Shown here: positions 11,756 to 23,443 of the stretch, piece by piece
How the letters are laid out: each line of letters starts with the position of its first letter
How positions within the stretch are numbered: position 1 is the first letter of the stretch
Origin: Bacilli bacterium
GTDB taxonomy: Bacteria > Bacillota_I > Bacilli_A > RF39 > UBA660
Direction of reading: 5' to 3'
DNA: 64,000 nucleotides
Assembly: GCA_017411405.1 (NCBI GenBank)
Contig: JAFQQE010000014.1
Location: forward strand, 67,735-131,734
Notes under the pieces: model-generated
Seen by the model: only the letters and a program-made list of their open reading frames with translations
Databases searched by the model: none
What the model was told of the DNA's origin: nothing
Translations under genes and position numbers: made by a program

Positions 11756-13035
11756 TTTAATACTTTTACTATTTTTTTACTGTTTAAATATATAATTAAT
11801 AATATATTAAATACTTCTGATAATAATAATCCATATAAACCTATATGTAGTAAACTAAATAAGAATAATGTAATTAATTTTATTATAGTAGTAATTATAG
11901 TAACTTTCATTGTATATTTTGCATAATTTAATGCTTGTAAAGTACTAGCGAGAGGACCTTCTAAATATAAAAGTATAAAGAAAGGACATAAAAATCTAAT
12001 ATAATCTATTCCTCTATTAGTATTAAATATAATATTAAGCAAATCTTCTGTGAATATATATACAAAAGTATTGCATATTAAACCAACTATCAAAGACATA
12101 GTAATTGATTGTTTTAATCTTCGTTTTATAATATTTTTATTGTTCTTATTTTTTGATATTTCGGGTATTAAAGAAGTATCTAATGCCAATATAAAAAATG
12201 AAGGTATAGTAAGAAGTGCTAATACATATGCATTATAAGTTCCATATTCACCTAAAATATAATCACTCGAATAACCAATTAATGATAAAGTAAAAGTTAA
12301 TATTATAGGTTCAAAAAAATAACCAATATTACCTATTATTCTACTAGATGTAGTAGGTATAGCAATAGATAATACATCTTTTACTACTGTTATATCTGGT
12401 TTAAGATCTTTCTTATTTATAGTAAAATTTTTAGGCAAGAACATTAAAAATACAATTATAGAAATTATTTCAGATATTATATTAAATAAAATATACACTG
12501 ATACTGTTAGAATAGTTCCATATTTTAATAATTTAGGTAAAAATATAACTATTATTAGTAATCTGAATATTTGTTCTATTATGTTTGATATTGTATGAGG
12601 TAACATTTTTTGTTTACCAAAAAAGTATCCTCTAATTATACTTGATAATGATATAAAAGGTAATATAAAAGCAATAGAGATAATAGGGTAGTATGCATTA
12701 CTATTATGTAATAAATTGGTTGAAATATATGGAGCAGTAATAAATACAATAGCTATTAAAATAATATTAATAATTAATGAAGCAGGTATTATAGAAAATA
12801 ATACTTTTTTACTAGAAGTTTTATTTTCTGCAATTATATTGCTTATGGCTAAAGGAAGGCCTAATTGCGCTAATGTTATAAGTAGCGAATAAGTAGGCAT
12901 AATTAAACTATGAAGATTAATATCAGCTTCACTTACTGTTCTAGTAAATATTATACGGATTATGAAACCTAGTAATTTTGTTAACAAAGCTCCAATCATC
13001 AATATTAATGTTGATCTAAAAAATTTATTTTTCAT
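11752..13035 (-). CDS. MOP-superfamily flippase (SpoVB/MurJ-like polysaccharide biosynthesis protein)
   Basis: 427 aa, polytopic. N-terminus FFRSTLILMIGALLTKLLGFIIRIIFTR..LGLPLAISNIIAE is typical of the SpoVB/MurJ family. Confidence 0.6.
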   Translation of the reverse strand: MKNKFFRSTLILMIGALLTKLLGFIIRIIFTRTVSEADINLHSLIMPTYSLLITLAQLGLPLAISNIIAENKTSSKKVLFSIIPASLIINIILIAIVFITAPYISTNLLHNSNAYYPIISIAFILPFISLSSIIRGYFFGKQKMLPHTISNIIEQIFRLLIIVIFLPKLLKYGTILTVSVYILFNIISEIISIIVFLMFLPKNFTINKKDLKPDITVVKDVLSIAIPTTSSRIIGNIGYFFEPIILTFTLSLIGYSSDYILGEYGTYNAYVLALLTIPSFFILALDTSLIPEISKNKNNKNIIKRRLKQSITMSLIVGLICNTFVYIFTEDLLNIIFNTNRGIDYIRFLCPFFILLYLEGPLASTLQALNYAKYTMKVTIITTIIKLITLFLFSLLHIGLYGLLLSEVFNILLIIYLNSKKIVKVLN

Positions 13036-13183
13036 AATAAAATATATGATTATACTAATAAAATAATTAAAATAAATAAAAATATAAAAAAATTAAACAA
13101 ATCTATTGCTTTTGTTAAAATTATTTGATACTCTTTATATGTAGGGTAAGTCCCTAAAAGACATGATACGGGAGGAATTTAAA

Positions 13184-13456
13184 ATGTCAAAAACAGATTT
13201 AATTGAATTTATTGCTGCTGAAGCAGGATTAACTAAGGCTGATGCTACTAGAGCATTAGATGCAACTTTAGAAGGAATTAAAAAAGGATTAAAAGAAGAT
13301 GGAAAAGTAACTTTCGTTGGATTTGGTACTTTTGCTGCTAAAACAAGAGCTGCAAGAGATGGAATCAATCCATTAACTAAAGAACCTTTACATATTCCTG
13401 AAAAAACAGTTGTTTCTTTCAAAGCTGGAAGTAAATTAAAAGATTCATTAAATTAA
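13184..13456 (+). CDS. hup: DNA-binding protein HU
   Basis: MSKTDLIEFIAAEAGLTKADATRALD..FGTFAAKTRAARDGINPLT. GGGAGG SD precedes the ATG at 13184. Confidence 0.95.
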   Translation: MSKTDLIEFIAAEAGLTKADATRALDATLEGIKKGLKEDGKVTFVGFGTFAAKTRAARDGINPLTKEPLHIPEKTVVSFKAGSKLKDSLN

Positions 13457-13463
13457 TAAAATT

Positions 13464-13488
13464 AGATGACGAATTTGTCATCTTTTTA
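13464..13488 (+). terminator. Rho-independent terminator after hup
   Basis: AGATGAC-gaattt-GTCATCT followed by a T-run. Confidence 0.75.
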
Positions 13489-13567
13489 ATTTTACATTTT
13501 TTAAAAATTATTATTGCTATAATATAAATTATGTAATATAATAAATATATAATAAGAGGTGGCTAGA

Positions 13568-14548
13568 ATGAATACAATGTTAAATTTCTTAGATAAAATC
13601 TATTCTAATAATACTACTTTAAAAATAGTATATATAGTAGGAGCAGCATTATTACTATTATTTATTATAATATTAATAGTAAATGTAAGAGGAAATGATA
13701 AGAAAGAAAAAGAAAAGATATTAGATGAACCTAAACTTGATAATGATGAAAAGCCTATTATAGAAGAAGTAAAACAAGATATAATAGAAGAAAAAAAAGA
13801 ACAAAAAGAAGAAGTTAGTTTAGAAGAGAAAATGTCTGAGACAAAAATAATTCCTTTAGATGAAATAAAAGAACAAGAAGCTAAAGAAGAAATAGTTGAA
13901 GAAAAAGAGGAAATAGTAAAAACTGAAGAGACTCTTGAAGAATCAGTTGAAGAAGAAAATAAAGAAGCTACTGAAATTGTTAAAGAAATAGAAGAAAAAG
14001 TGATAGAAAATCAACTAGAAACAACTAAAGAAGATGAAAAAAACATTAGTGCAGAATTACCTAATATCGATGAATATGTAGATAGCATAGTAAAAAAGAC
14101 ATACGAAAAAAATGAACAATTTTCTTCTGTATATGTAGATGATAATACTCGTACAATGAAATTAGATACAGTTTTAGACGAATTGAACGTAGATAAAAAT
14201 GTTAAAGAAGCAATAACAGATTCTGATGAAAAAGAAACAGAACAAGCTAGAGAACCAGAAGAAGTAATTACTGAATCAAAAGAAGAAAAAGTTGTTGATG
14301 CAAAAGAAGAAGTAACTGAAGAAAAAACAGATACAGAATCTGAAGTAACTGAAGAAGTAAAAAATGAAGTAAAAGAAGAAAATAATAGTTTAGATAATCT
14401 AAAAAAAGCTTTAGAAGAAAAACAAAATGAAGTAAAAGAAAAGCAAGATGATTTAAAAGCTAAATTAGATAGTTTAAAAACTAAAAAAGAAAATACTCAA
14501 ACAGGCGAATTAAAAGTAGAGGATTTATTAAGCAAACTAAATAAATAG
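13568..14548 (+). CDS. Membrane-anchored E/K-rich low-complexity protein
   Basis: N-terminal TM (IVYIVGAALLLLFIIILIV) followed by ~280 aa of E/K-rich sequence. ATG at 13568 sits behind an AGAGGTGG SD. Confidence 0.55.
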   Translation: MNTMLNFLDKIYSNNTTLKIVYIVGAALLLLFIIILIVNVRGNDKKEKEKILDEPKLDNDEKPIIEEVKQDIIEEKKEQKEEVSLEEKMSETKIIPLDEIKEQEAKEEIVEEKEEIVKTEETLEESVEEENKEATEIVKEIEEKVIENQLETTKEDEKNISAELPNIDEYVDSIVKKTYEKNEQFSSVYVDDNTRTMKLDTVLDELNVDKNVKEAITDSDEKETEQAREPEEVITESKEEKVVDAKEEVTEEKTDTESEVTEEVKNEVKEENNSLDNLKKALEEKQNEVKEKQDDLKAKLDSLKTKKENTQTGELKVEDLLSKLNK

Positions 14549-14642
14549 AATTAGCAATAATTCTATTTTTCTATTGACAAAATAAAAAATATTTTATACT
14601 ATTAATTTGTTTAGTTTTTAAAGATTAGTATTTGGAGGTAAA

Positions 14643-16655
14643 ATGAGTATAACTAAAGAAGAACTATTACTTGAAAACAAAAGACTTGAAAGTACTGTAG
14701 ATATTATTAGAAATGAAATATCTAGTCTTAGTACAGATTTATATGATAAGGAAACAAAATTAAGAGAATTTCAGCGAATGATGTGGGATAATAAAGCAGA
14801 ACTAGATCCAGCTGAAATGAAGACGCTTAGAACTTCAAATGATATGGAAGTATTCTTTCTAGAACAAAAGGCTAAAAAGTTTAAAAAAATGTATCAGATA
14901 CAAAATAAGCCATATTTCGGAAGAATTGACTTTAAATCAAACGAAGGTAATCATGAAGTATATATAGGTATAACTAATGTAGAAAAAGACTTAAATTACT
15001 ATGTATACGATTGGCGAAGCCCTATATGTTCTATGTTTTATGACTTTGGAGTAGAAGATGCATATTACATGGCACCTGAAGGTAAAATAGAAGGTACAAT
15101 TACATTAAAAAGACAATATCAGATAAAGGATGCAAAACTTGATAATGTATTTGATACTACTATTAATATAGATGATGATGTATTACAAAGTGTGTTAAAA
15201 GAAAATAGTAGTGATCATATGAAAAATATTGTTAACACAATACAAAAAGAGCAAAATGAAGTTATTAGAGATGAGAAAACTAATAACTTAATCGTACAAG
15301 GAATTGCTGGAAGTGGTAAAACAAGCGTAGCATTACATCGTATAGCATACCTACTTTATAAAATAGAAAACTTAAATAGCAATAACGTATTAATATTCTC
15401 ACCTAATAACATATTTGGTGAATATATATCTAATGTATTACCAGAACTAGGAGAAGATAATACTTTAATTACAACATTTCATGAATTTGCATCAAAATAT
15501 ATTAAAGAGTATTGGAGAGTTGAACCATATTCAGAGTTTTTAGCAAGATATTATCAAAATAATTATCAAGATAATGATTTAATAAAATTTAAATTAAGTG
15601 ATGAAGTAATACCAATAATAGAAAATTACGCAAGTACAATAACAAGACTATGTAAATTTAAAAATGATATTTCGTACAAAGAAGTTATTATAGATAAAAA
15701 TGAATTAAATGAGCTATTATCAAATAGATTTAGTAAATTTAATCTATTCAATAGATTTGATTATATAGCAGAAAAAATAAATAATAGATATTTTAATGGA
15801 AAAAAACAAGATCAAGTAAGAATAAAAGCGTTACTTTTAAAAAATATAAATATAACAACAAATATTAAAGATATATATAAAGATTTCTTTGATAGTCAAG
15901 AATTCTTAAATGCATATAATAAACATTTTAATAGAAATGAAAATATAAAGAACTTAAATAAAAAAGTATTAAACTATGAAGATTCAAGTTTATTTATATA
16001 TTTAAAATTTTTACTTATGGATATACCATATAAAGTATCTACTAAATTAGTAGTAATAGACGAAGCTCAAGATTATACATTAATACAATATAAAATAATA
16101 AAAAAACTATTTAGAAACGCTAACTTTACTATATTAGGAGACATTAACCAAACAATTAATCCTTATTATAAATATGATAATTTAAATATATTATCGAATG
16201 AATTTGATGGAATATCTAAATATATTGAACTAAGTAAAACATATAGATCTAGTAAAGAAATAATAGAATATAGCAATAAAATATTAGGTTTAAATCATGT
16301 ATGTGCAGTAAGACGAGAAAATAATACACCAGTAAAAATACATGATAAATTTGATATAGAATTATTACTAAAAGAAATTGATTACTTAAAAAATAAATAT
16401 AGTAGTCTAGCGATTATTACAAAAAGTATTGAAGAAGCAGAATACTTAAAAAATATTATAAAAGATATAGAAATAGTTGATAATAATACAGAAAATTTTA
16501 ATAGAAACTTACTTATTATACCTGCTTATGCAGCAAAAGGATTAGAATTTGATTCAGTAATAATATTAAATAACTTTATTAATGAAAAATATTTATATTA
16601 TGTTGCAATAACTAGAGCACAACATGAACTTATAATTTTTAATTCGACAAAATAA
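14643..16655 (+). CDS. helD: HelD-type UvrD-like helicase (RNA polymerase recycling factor family)
   Basis: 670 aa. Coiled-coil N-terminus, Walker A context LIVQGIAGSGKTSVALHRIAYLLY, DEAQDY, C-terminal AKGLEFDSVI..VAITRA. Confidence 0.8.
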   Translation: MSITKEELLLENKRLESTVDIIRNEISSLSTDLYDKETKLREFQRMMWDNKAELDPAEMKTLRTSNDMEVFFLEQKAKKFKKMYQIQNKPYFGRIDFKSNEGNHEVYIGITNVEKDLNYYVYDWRSPICSMFYDFGVEDAYYMAPEGKIEGTITLKRQYQIKDAKLDNVFDTTINIDDDVLQSVLKENSSDHMKNIVNTIQKEQNEVIRDEKTNNLIVQGIAGSGKTSVALHRIAYLLYKIENLNSNNVLIFSPNNIFGEYISNVLPELGEDNTLITTFHEFASKYIKEYWRVEPYSEFLARYYQNNYQDNDLIKFKLSDEVIPIIENYASTITRLCKFKNDISYKEVIIDKNELNELLSNRFSKFNLFNRFDYIAEKINNRYFNGKKQDQVRIKALLLKNINITTNIKDIYKDFFDSQEFLNAYNKHFNRNENIKNLNKKVLNYEDSSLFIYLKFLLMDIPYKVSTKLVVIDEAQDYTLIQYKIIKKLFRNANFTILGDINQTINPYYKYDNLNILSNEFDGISKYIELSKTYRSSKEIIEYSNKILGLNHVCAVRRENNTPVKIHDKFDIELLLKEIDYLKNKYSSLAIITKSIEEAEYLKNIIKDIEIVDNNTENFNRNLLIIPAYAAKGLEFDSVIILNNFINEKYLYYVAITRAQHELIIFNSTK

Positions 16656-16680
16656 ATATATAGTTTTTAATATAATTGTA

Positions 16681-17118
16681 ATGGTGATTATATTGAAAAC
16701 TTTTTTTATATTTAAACTTAATAAAGAATACTCATCTATAGCTATTAAAACACCATATAATATATATTTATTATTATTTAGTATATATAAACAAAATAAA
16801 AAGAACTTATATAAAGCTTATAATTTATTTGATGAAATATGTTTAAGTATTAATAGAGACTTCTTTAATTACTATATTTATAATACATTAAATATATTAG
16901 AAGGCTATACAAAATATAGATATATTCATATGTATAATGATTACTTTACAGGAGAAGTAAGTAAAATAACTATAAATAATAGTCATATAAAATTAAAATC
17001 CAATAAAGACGAGAACGTATTTATAGAGAAAATTAAAGATATAAAAGATTTATTTATATGTGATTTTGATAATAACTATTATATCTTCACCTCAAAAAAA
17101 AGAATGAAAACTAGATAA
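16681..17118 (+). CDS. Hypothetical protein
   Basis: 145-aa ORF, no clear SD or motif. Confidence 0.35.
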   Translation: MVIILKTFFIFKLNKEYSSIAIKTPYNIYLLLFSIYKQNKKNLYKAYNLFDEICLSINRDFFNYYIYNTLNILEGYTKYRYIHMYNDYFTGEVSKITINNSHIKLKSNKDENVFIEKIKDIKDLFICDFDNNYYIFTSKKRMKTR

Positions 17119-17238
17119 TAAATACTTGTATTAAAATTATTTTTATGATACAATACTATTGCTTTTGATTAAAAGCGTAATCCGCTGAATATATATTCAT
17201 GATTATAAAAAATAATAGATTTAGAAAGGATGAGACCG

Positions 17239-17580
17239 ATGAATAAATTAATTGAAAAGATTAATAAAGAACAAATAAGAACTGATTTACCAGAATTAAG
17301 AGTAGGTTATACAGTTAAAGTTGGAGTAAGAATTACTGAAGGTAAAAAAGAAAGAATCCAATATTTTGAAGGTATTATAACTAACATGACTAATGGTTCA
17401 GTATCAAAAACTTTTACAGTTAGAAGAAAAGTTGGTAGCGTTGGAGTAGAAAGAGTATTCCCATTAAATAGTCCAGCAATTGATACTATCACTGTAGTTA
17501 AAAAAGGTAAAGTTAGACGTGCTAATTTAACTTTCTTAAGAGGAATGTTAAAAGATTATAAGACTAAAGAAAGAAAATAA
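17239..17580 (+). CDS. rplS: 50S ribosomal protein L19
   Basis: MNKLIEKINKEQIR..LPELRVGYTVKVGVRITEGKKERIQYFEG..VERVFPLNSP. Confidence 0.95.
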   Translation: MNKLIEKINKEQIRTDLPELRVGYTVKVGVRITEGKKERIQYFEGIITNMTNGSVSKTFTVRRKVGSVGVERVFPLNSPAIDTITVVKKGKVRRANLTFLRGMLKDYKTKERK

Positions 17581-17691
17581 TTAATTAGTTAAAAAGATTA
17601 AAAAGGGACTTCTACAATGATTATTTAAAGACTAATAACCTACATCCATGGGTTATTTTTCTTTTTATATAAGAATAGAAAGGTGATAAAA

Positions 17692-18204
17692 ATGAAAGAA
17701 ATAATTATAAATGATATATTAAAAGAAGAAGATATAACTGAAATAGTAAAAAGAGTTAAAATAATTTTAATAAATAAAAAAGAAGAAATACTTTTGGGCT
17801 ATTCTAATAATATGTATCAATTTCCTGGAGGACATGTAGAAGCAAACGAAGAATTAGTTAATACAGTAAATAGAGAAATACAAGAAGAAACAGGAATAGA
17901 ATTAAATTTAAAATCAATAAAGCCTTTTGCAAAATTAACTGGATACTATAAAGATTATCCAACTATAGGAAACAATAGAAAAAATGAAATATATTATTAT
18001 GAAGTTAAAACGGATAAAAAACCAAATTTAAACAATACCAATTACACTGAAAGTGAATTAAAAGGTAAGTTTGAATTAAGATATATAAATCTAGATAATT
18101 TTGAAGAAGAAATAATAAATAACATGAAAAATTATGAAGATTCTAAAGGTATATCAAGCGAAATGATAAGTATAATAAAAATATATAAAAGCATAAAAAA
18201 ATAA
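17692..18204 (+). CDS. NUDIX hydrolase
   Basis: Nudix box GGHVEANEELVNTVNREIQEETGIE. ATG at 17692 behind an AAAGGTGA SD. Confidence 0.8.
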   Translation: MKEIIINDILKEEDITEIVKRVKIILINKKEEILLGYSNNMYQFPGGHVEANEELVNTVNREIQEETGIELNLKSIKPFAKLTGYYKDYPTIGNNRKNEIYYYEVKTDKKPNLNNTNYTESELKGKFELRYINLDNFEEEIINNMKNYEDSKGISSEMISIIKIYKSIKK

Positions 18205-18251
18205 TCTTTTATATATTTTTTTCTTTATAAAAGATTATTTTAATTGTATAA

Positions 18252-19496
<1,245 letters not shown>

Positions 19497-19498
19497 TT

Positions 19499-19530
19499 AA
19501 AAACACAAGTAATAAAGACTTGTGTTTTTA
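19499..19530. terminator. Bidirectional terminator between eno and spoIVA
   Basis: AAAACACAAGT-aataaag-ACTTGTGTTTT, flanked by A and T runs. Confidence 0.75.
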
Positions 19531-21006
19531 TATTACAATAGCTATTAAATTATTAGAGCCTTTGTTAACTATTTTAGTAGCAGTTGTAGATAATTTATAC
19601 TTTGTAGTTTCAGGCATCATACTTAATTTTGACTGGATACCTTCTTTAACGATCTCATCTAAACTTCTACCAAATATTTCACTTTTCCATATACTAGCAG
19701 GTTCCGATTCATAATCTTTCATAATACAATCTATTAGTTCTTTACTTTGTAATTCAGTACCTATAATTGGTTCAAAGGAACTTTCTACATCTACTTTTAA
19801 TAAATGTATACTACTAGCAACAGCTTTTAATTTAACTCCATAACGACTACCTTGTTTAATTATTTCAGGAGTTTCTAATTTCATATCTTTAAGTGTTGGA
19901 TAAACTATTCCATATCCAGTATTTTTTGCCATTTTAATAGCATTTTTAATACTTTCTGTTTCATCTCTATTATTTGAATAATCAGAGAATATTTTTAAAA
20001 GTCCTGCTTTAGATAAGTCAACATCTCCCATAATATTTTTTAAAGTTTCTTGATATAAATCATCACTACTATTTAAATTTAAAGTAACTACTCCAGTAGA
20101 AGTATTTACATCACTAATATAAGATTCAGATATATATGGACTATCTTTAAAATATTCTATCATATTATCTACATCTTTTATTTTTTCTACACTAGTTACA
20201 CATTCTTTAATTTTCTCTAAATAATGTTTTTTTATTTCATAGCTGTTATCTAATACATGAATCCATTCAGGAACTTTTATAGAAACATCTGTTACAGGAA
20301 ATTCATATAAAGCACTTCTTAAAATATTATACATATCAACTTCATTCATGTTTTCAATATTCATAGGTATTACAGGTACATCATAATTATTAGATAATTC
20401 GTTTTTAATATTAATTGTAGCATCGCTATTAGGATGTGTACTATTTAAAACAACAATAAAAGGTTTATTTATTTGTTTTAATTCTGTTATTACTTTCTCT
20501 TCAGCACTTAAATAATCATTTCTACCTAAAGTACCAATAGAACCATCAGTTGTTACTACAATACCTATTGTAGAGTGATCTTTAATTACTTTTTCTGTAC
20601 CAATTTCAGCTGCTTCAACAAAAGGAATTTCTTCTTCATACCAAGGTGTTTTTACAAGTCTTGGATTTCCAAGTTCATCTTGAAATCCTGTTGCACCATC
20701 AACGACGTATCCTACGCAATCTATAAGTTTTATATTAGTTTCAATCTCATCGATCTTTATATTAGCGCCATTAGAAGGCACAAATTTAGGTTCTGTTGTC
20801 ATTATTGTCTTGCCAGTAGAACTTTGAGGTATTTCATCTAAACACATTTTTTTCATATTTTCATCTTTAATATTTGGTACAACTAAAGTTTCAATAACCT
20901 TCTTTATAAAAGTACTTTTTCCTGTTCTAACTGCACCAACAACACCTAAAAAAATACTACCATTTCCTCTTATAGATATACTTTCTATTATTTCTTTCTT
21001 TTCCAT
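19528..21006 (-). CDS. spoIVA: Stage IV sporulation protein A (spore coat morphogenetic ATPase)
   Basis: 492 aa. N-terminus IESISIRGNGSIFLGVVGAVRTGKSTFIKK (Walker A), with size and sequence typical of SpoIVA. Confidence 0.9.
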   Translation of the reverse strand: MEKKEIIESISIRGNGSIFLGVVGAVRTGKSTFIKKVIETLVVPNIKDENMKKMCLDEIPQSSTGKTIMTTEPKFVPSNGANIKIDEIETNIKLIDCVGYVVDGATGFQDELGNPRLVKTPWYEEEIPFVEAAEIGTEKVIKDHSTIGIVVTTDGSIGTLGRNDYLSAEEKVITELKQINKPFIVVLNSTHPNSDATINIKNELSNNYDVPVIPMNIENMNEVDMYNILRSALYEFPVTDVSIKVPEWIHVLDNSYEIKKHYLEKIKECVTSVEKIKDVDNMIEYFKDSPYISESYISDVNTSTGVVTLNLNSSDDLYQETLKNIMGDVDLSKAGLLKIFSDYSNNRDETESIKNAIKMAKNTGYGIVYPTLKDMKLETPEIIKQGSRYGVKLKAVASSIHLLKVDVESSFEPIIGTELQSKELIDCIMKDYESEPASIWKSEIFGRSLDEIVKEGIQSKLSMMPETTKYKLSTTATKIVNKGSNNLIAIVI

Positions 21007-21028
21007 CTCTCAACTTACCTTTCAATGA

Positions 21029-21056
21029 ATAATATGTAAAAAAAATAATATTATTC
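21029..21056 (-). promoter_or_regulatory. Possible SigE-type promoter upstream of spoIVA
   Basis: Minus strand reads GAATAAT-13 nt-CATATTAT, against the consensus kmATAww / CATACAmT. Position fits a mother-cell gene. Confidence 0.3.
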
Positions 21057-21070
21057 AAAAAAAATGCCAT

Positions 21071-21574
21071 TTATTCATGACATTTTTTATAATTTCTTTT
21101 TCTTTCTTTTCTTAATTGTTTTCTTAATTTTATCTCTTCTTTTAATTTAGCTTTTTCTTCAAATTCAATCTCATTACTTAAAGATCTTAAATTATCTTTG
21201 ATAAATCTATAATGATCTATATTATAATTATTATCTAAATTCAATATAGCATCATATAATTTTAATAATACCTTATTATTTAAACTTAATCCCGTTTCAC
21301 TAATTTCATTTATTGGATAAATAAATGCAGAATCTAATTTTACAGCACATAATTTTTTATCACTTAATATTTGATATGGTATGTATAAAAAGTTTGGATC
21401 AACTTTTCTAAAATTTATTACATGATTAGTTATAGGGCAACTACATATATATTCGGTATCATTATTAAAAAAAGAAAATAATACTACTGATAATCTATTA
21501 TTCTTGTTATCTTTACAATTTATTCCATTAACCATTGTCTTTTCTTGATATACTAAATCTCCTGCTTTAATCAT
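21071..21574 (-). CDS. Hypothetical protein with possible PemK/MazF-like fold and basic C-terminal tail
   Basis: GGAGGT SD. AGDLVY..NRLSVVLFS..CPITNHV..AVKLDSAFIYPINEI pattern resembles MazF/PemK spacing. K/R-rich helical tail. Confidence 0.35.
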   Translation of the reverse strand: MIKAGDLVYQEKTMVNGINCKDNKNNRLSVVLFSFFNNDTEYICSCPITNHVINFRKVDPNFLYIPYQILSDKKLCAVKLDSAFIYPINEISETGLSLNNKVLLKLYDAILNLDNNYNIDHYRFIKDNLRSLSNEIEFEEKAKLKEEIKLRKQLRKERKRNYKKCHE

Positions 21575-21681
21575 TTTATACCTCCAAACATAGACTTTTA
21601 TTATAATATTAATTTATAGTTATTTCAATTTTTTCGACAAATAATATAGTTTATATATTTTATTATAAATGTGGTGATTAT

Positions 21682-22107
21682 ATGAAAAAACTTATTAAGC
21701 CATTAATAGTATTTATATTTGGTATTTTTATAGGATATTATATATGTAATACAAATTCTATAAAAAATATATTTACTAATACATATAAAGCATTTCAAAT
21801 AGGAGTATATACAAACTTAGATACAGCAAATACATATTCAAGTATGTATAAAGATTCTATAATAATAAAAGATAATGAACTATATAGAGTATATGCTGCA
21901 ATATTAAAAAATCAATCTAATATAGAAAATATGTCTAACTACTTAACTTCAAAAAATATAGATTTTTATTTAAAAGAAATAGAAATAACTAATAAAGAAA
22001 CTCAAAAATTAATAAATGAATATGAAAATCTTATGACAAATAATAATGAAGTAGTATTTTTAGAAATAAATAAAATGATAATAAATAAATATAAGGAGAG
22101 TTTATGA
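21682..22107 (+). CDS. Membrane-anchored protein with possible SPOR-like domain
   Basis: N-terminal TM. FQIGVYTNLDTANTYS...YRVYAAIL resembles a SPOR repeat. Confidence 0.35.
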   Translation: MKKLIKPLIVFIFGIFIGYYICNTNSIKNIFTNTYKAFQIGVYTNLDTANTYSSMYKDSIIIKDNELYRVYAAILKNQSNIENMSNYLTSKNIDFYLKEIEITNKETQKLINEYENLMTNNNEVVFLEINKMIINKYKESL

Positions 22108-22778
22108 AATTAAAAGAATTACCGGAAACTGAATTACCTAGAGAAAGATTATTAAATGTAGGAGAAACTAATTTAACTAACGAAGAATTATTATCTATTA
22201 TACTTAGAACTGGAACAAAAAATAACTCTGTAAAAGAAGTTAGCATGAATATATTATCTAATATTGATAATATTAACGAACTAAATAATATAGATATATA
22301 TGAATTAAGTAAAATAAAAGGAGTAGGCTTAGTTAAAGCAATAACTATAAAAGCAAGTATAGAATTAGGTAAAAGAGTAAATAACTTAGAAATAAAGAAT
22401 TTAATGAAACTAAATAATTCAGATATAGTACATGATACTTTTAAAAGTTTATTTATAGGGCTAAAACAAGAAAGATTACTTGCAATATATTTAGATAATA
22501 AAAAACGATTGATAAATTATAAAGTTATTACAATTGGTACTAAAGATGAAACTTTATTTCATCCAAGAGATATTATATATAATGCTATTAAATGTAATGC
22601 ATCAGGTATAATTATAATACATAACCATCCTTCATTAGATATTAAGCCAAGTAATGCTGATATTAATATGACAAATAAACTAATAGAATCATGTAATATT
22701 GTAGGAATACCACTTTTAGATCATCTAATAACAAATACTAAGAACTATTATAGTTTCTTTAAGGAGTGTAATAAATGA
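22104..22778 (+). CDS. radC: RadC-family JAB-domain protein
   Basis: MKLKELPETELPRERLLNVGETNLTNEELLSIILRTGTK and the HNHPS JAMM motif. Confidence 0.9.
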   Translation: MKLKELPETELPRERLLNVGETNLTNEELLSIILRTGTKNNSVKEVSMNILSNIDNINELNNIDIYELSKIKGVGLVKAITIKASIELGKRVNNLEIKNLMKLNNSDIVHDTFKSLFIGLKQERLLAIYLDNKKRLINYKVITIGTKDETLFHPRDIIYNAIKCNASGIIIIHNHPSLDIKPSNADINMTNKLIESCNIVGIPLLDHLITNTKNYYSFFKECNK

Positions 22779-23443
22779 AAAAAATAAGTTTATATATAAT
22801 TATTTGTTTATTAGTAATAATGTTAAGAGATAATATATGTTATTTTTATGGTAATATATTAGGTTTGTTTAAACTAAATAATAATTATTATGATGCAATA
22901 ATTACTTTAAAAGATGAAGAAATAGAAAATATAAAGAAAGATTATACTGAATTTAGTAATTTTAATAAAAGATTAGATACTATAAATTATAATTATAAAA
23001 TATCTAAAGTAATATATAAAGAAACTTATAATACAAATAAATATAAAATAGAATATGGAAAAAAAGATGGAATTAGTAATGGGCTTGCTATAATAAACGA
23101 ACATGGATTAGTAGGTAAAATAACTGATTTAGATAATACTACGAGTGAATTAACTACATTAAAAGATTTAGAAGATATAAGTGTAGTAGTTAATAATAGT
23201 TATGGTAAACTTAATTATAGTTATGAAGATGATATTTTTATAATAAATGATATAAGTAATTATGATAAAGTATATATAAATGATAAAGTTTATACTAGTA
23301 CATATGGAACTATAAAAGAAAAAATTTATATAGGCAAAGTAACTAAAGTAGAAAATGATACTATATCTAAAAAGGTATATGTTAAAAGTGATGTGAATTT
23401 TAATAAATTAAATTATTTACTAATAGTAGGAGATTTCAAATGA
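22775..23443 (+). CDS. mreC: Rod shape-determining protein MreC
   Basis: N-terminal TM, GLVGKITDLDNTTSELTTLKD motif, located between radC and an mreD-like gene. Confidence 0.6.
   Translation: MKKISLYIIICLLVIMLRDNICYFYGNILGLFKLNNNYYDAIITLKDEEIENIKKDYTEFSNFNKRLDTINYNYKISKVIYKETYNTNKYKIEYGKKDGISNGLAIINEHGLVGKITDLDNTTSELTTLKDLEDISVVVNNSYGKLNYSYEDDIFIINDISNYDKVYINDKVYTSTYGTIKEKIYIGKVTKVENDTISKKVYVKSDVNFNKLNYLLIVGDFK

Noticed and set aside
13135-13422. 95-aa minus-strand ORF opposite hup.
   Set aside because: It is the antisense shadow of the clearly identified HU gene.
13568-14548. E/K-rich 327-aa protein considered as a repeat-encoded or non-coding artefact.
   Set aside because: It has a good SD, an N-terminal TM helix and an uninterrupted frame. 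It is kept as a low-complexity membrane-anchored protein rather than as a DNA repeat feature.
17140-17238. Possible L19 ribosomal-protein leader upstream of rplS (promoter TTGTAT-17-TACAAT, hairpin GCTTTT-gatt-AAAAGC).
   Set aside because: The position is right, but I cannot verify the structure against the Rfam model by eye, so it is left unreported as a feature.
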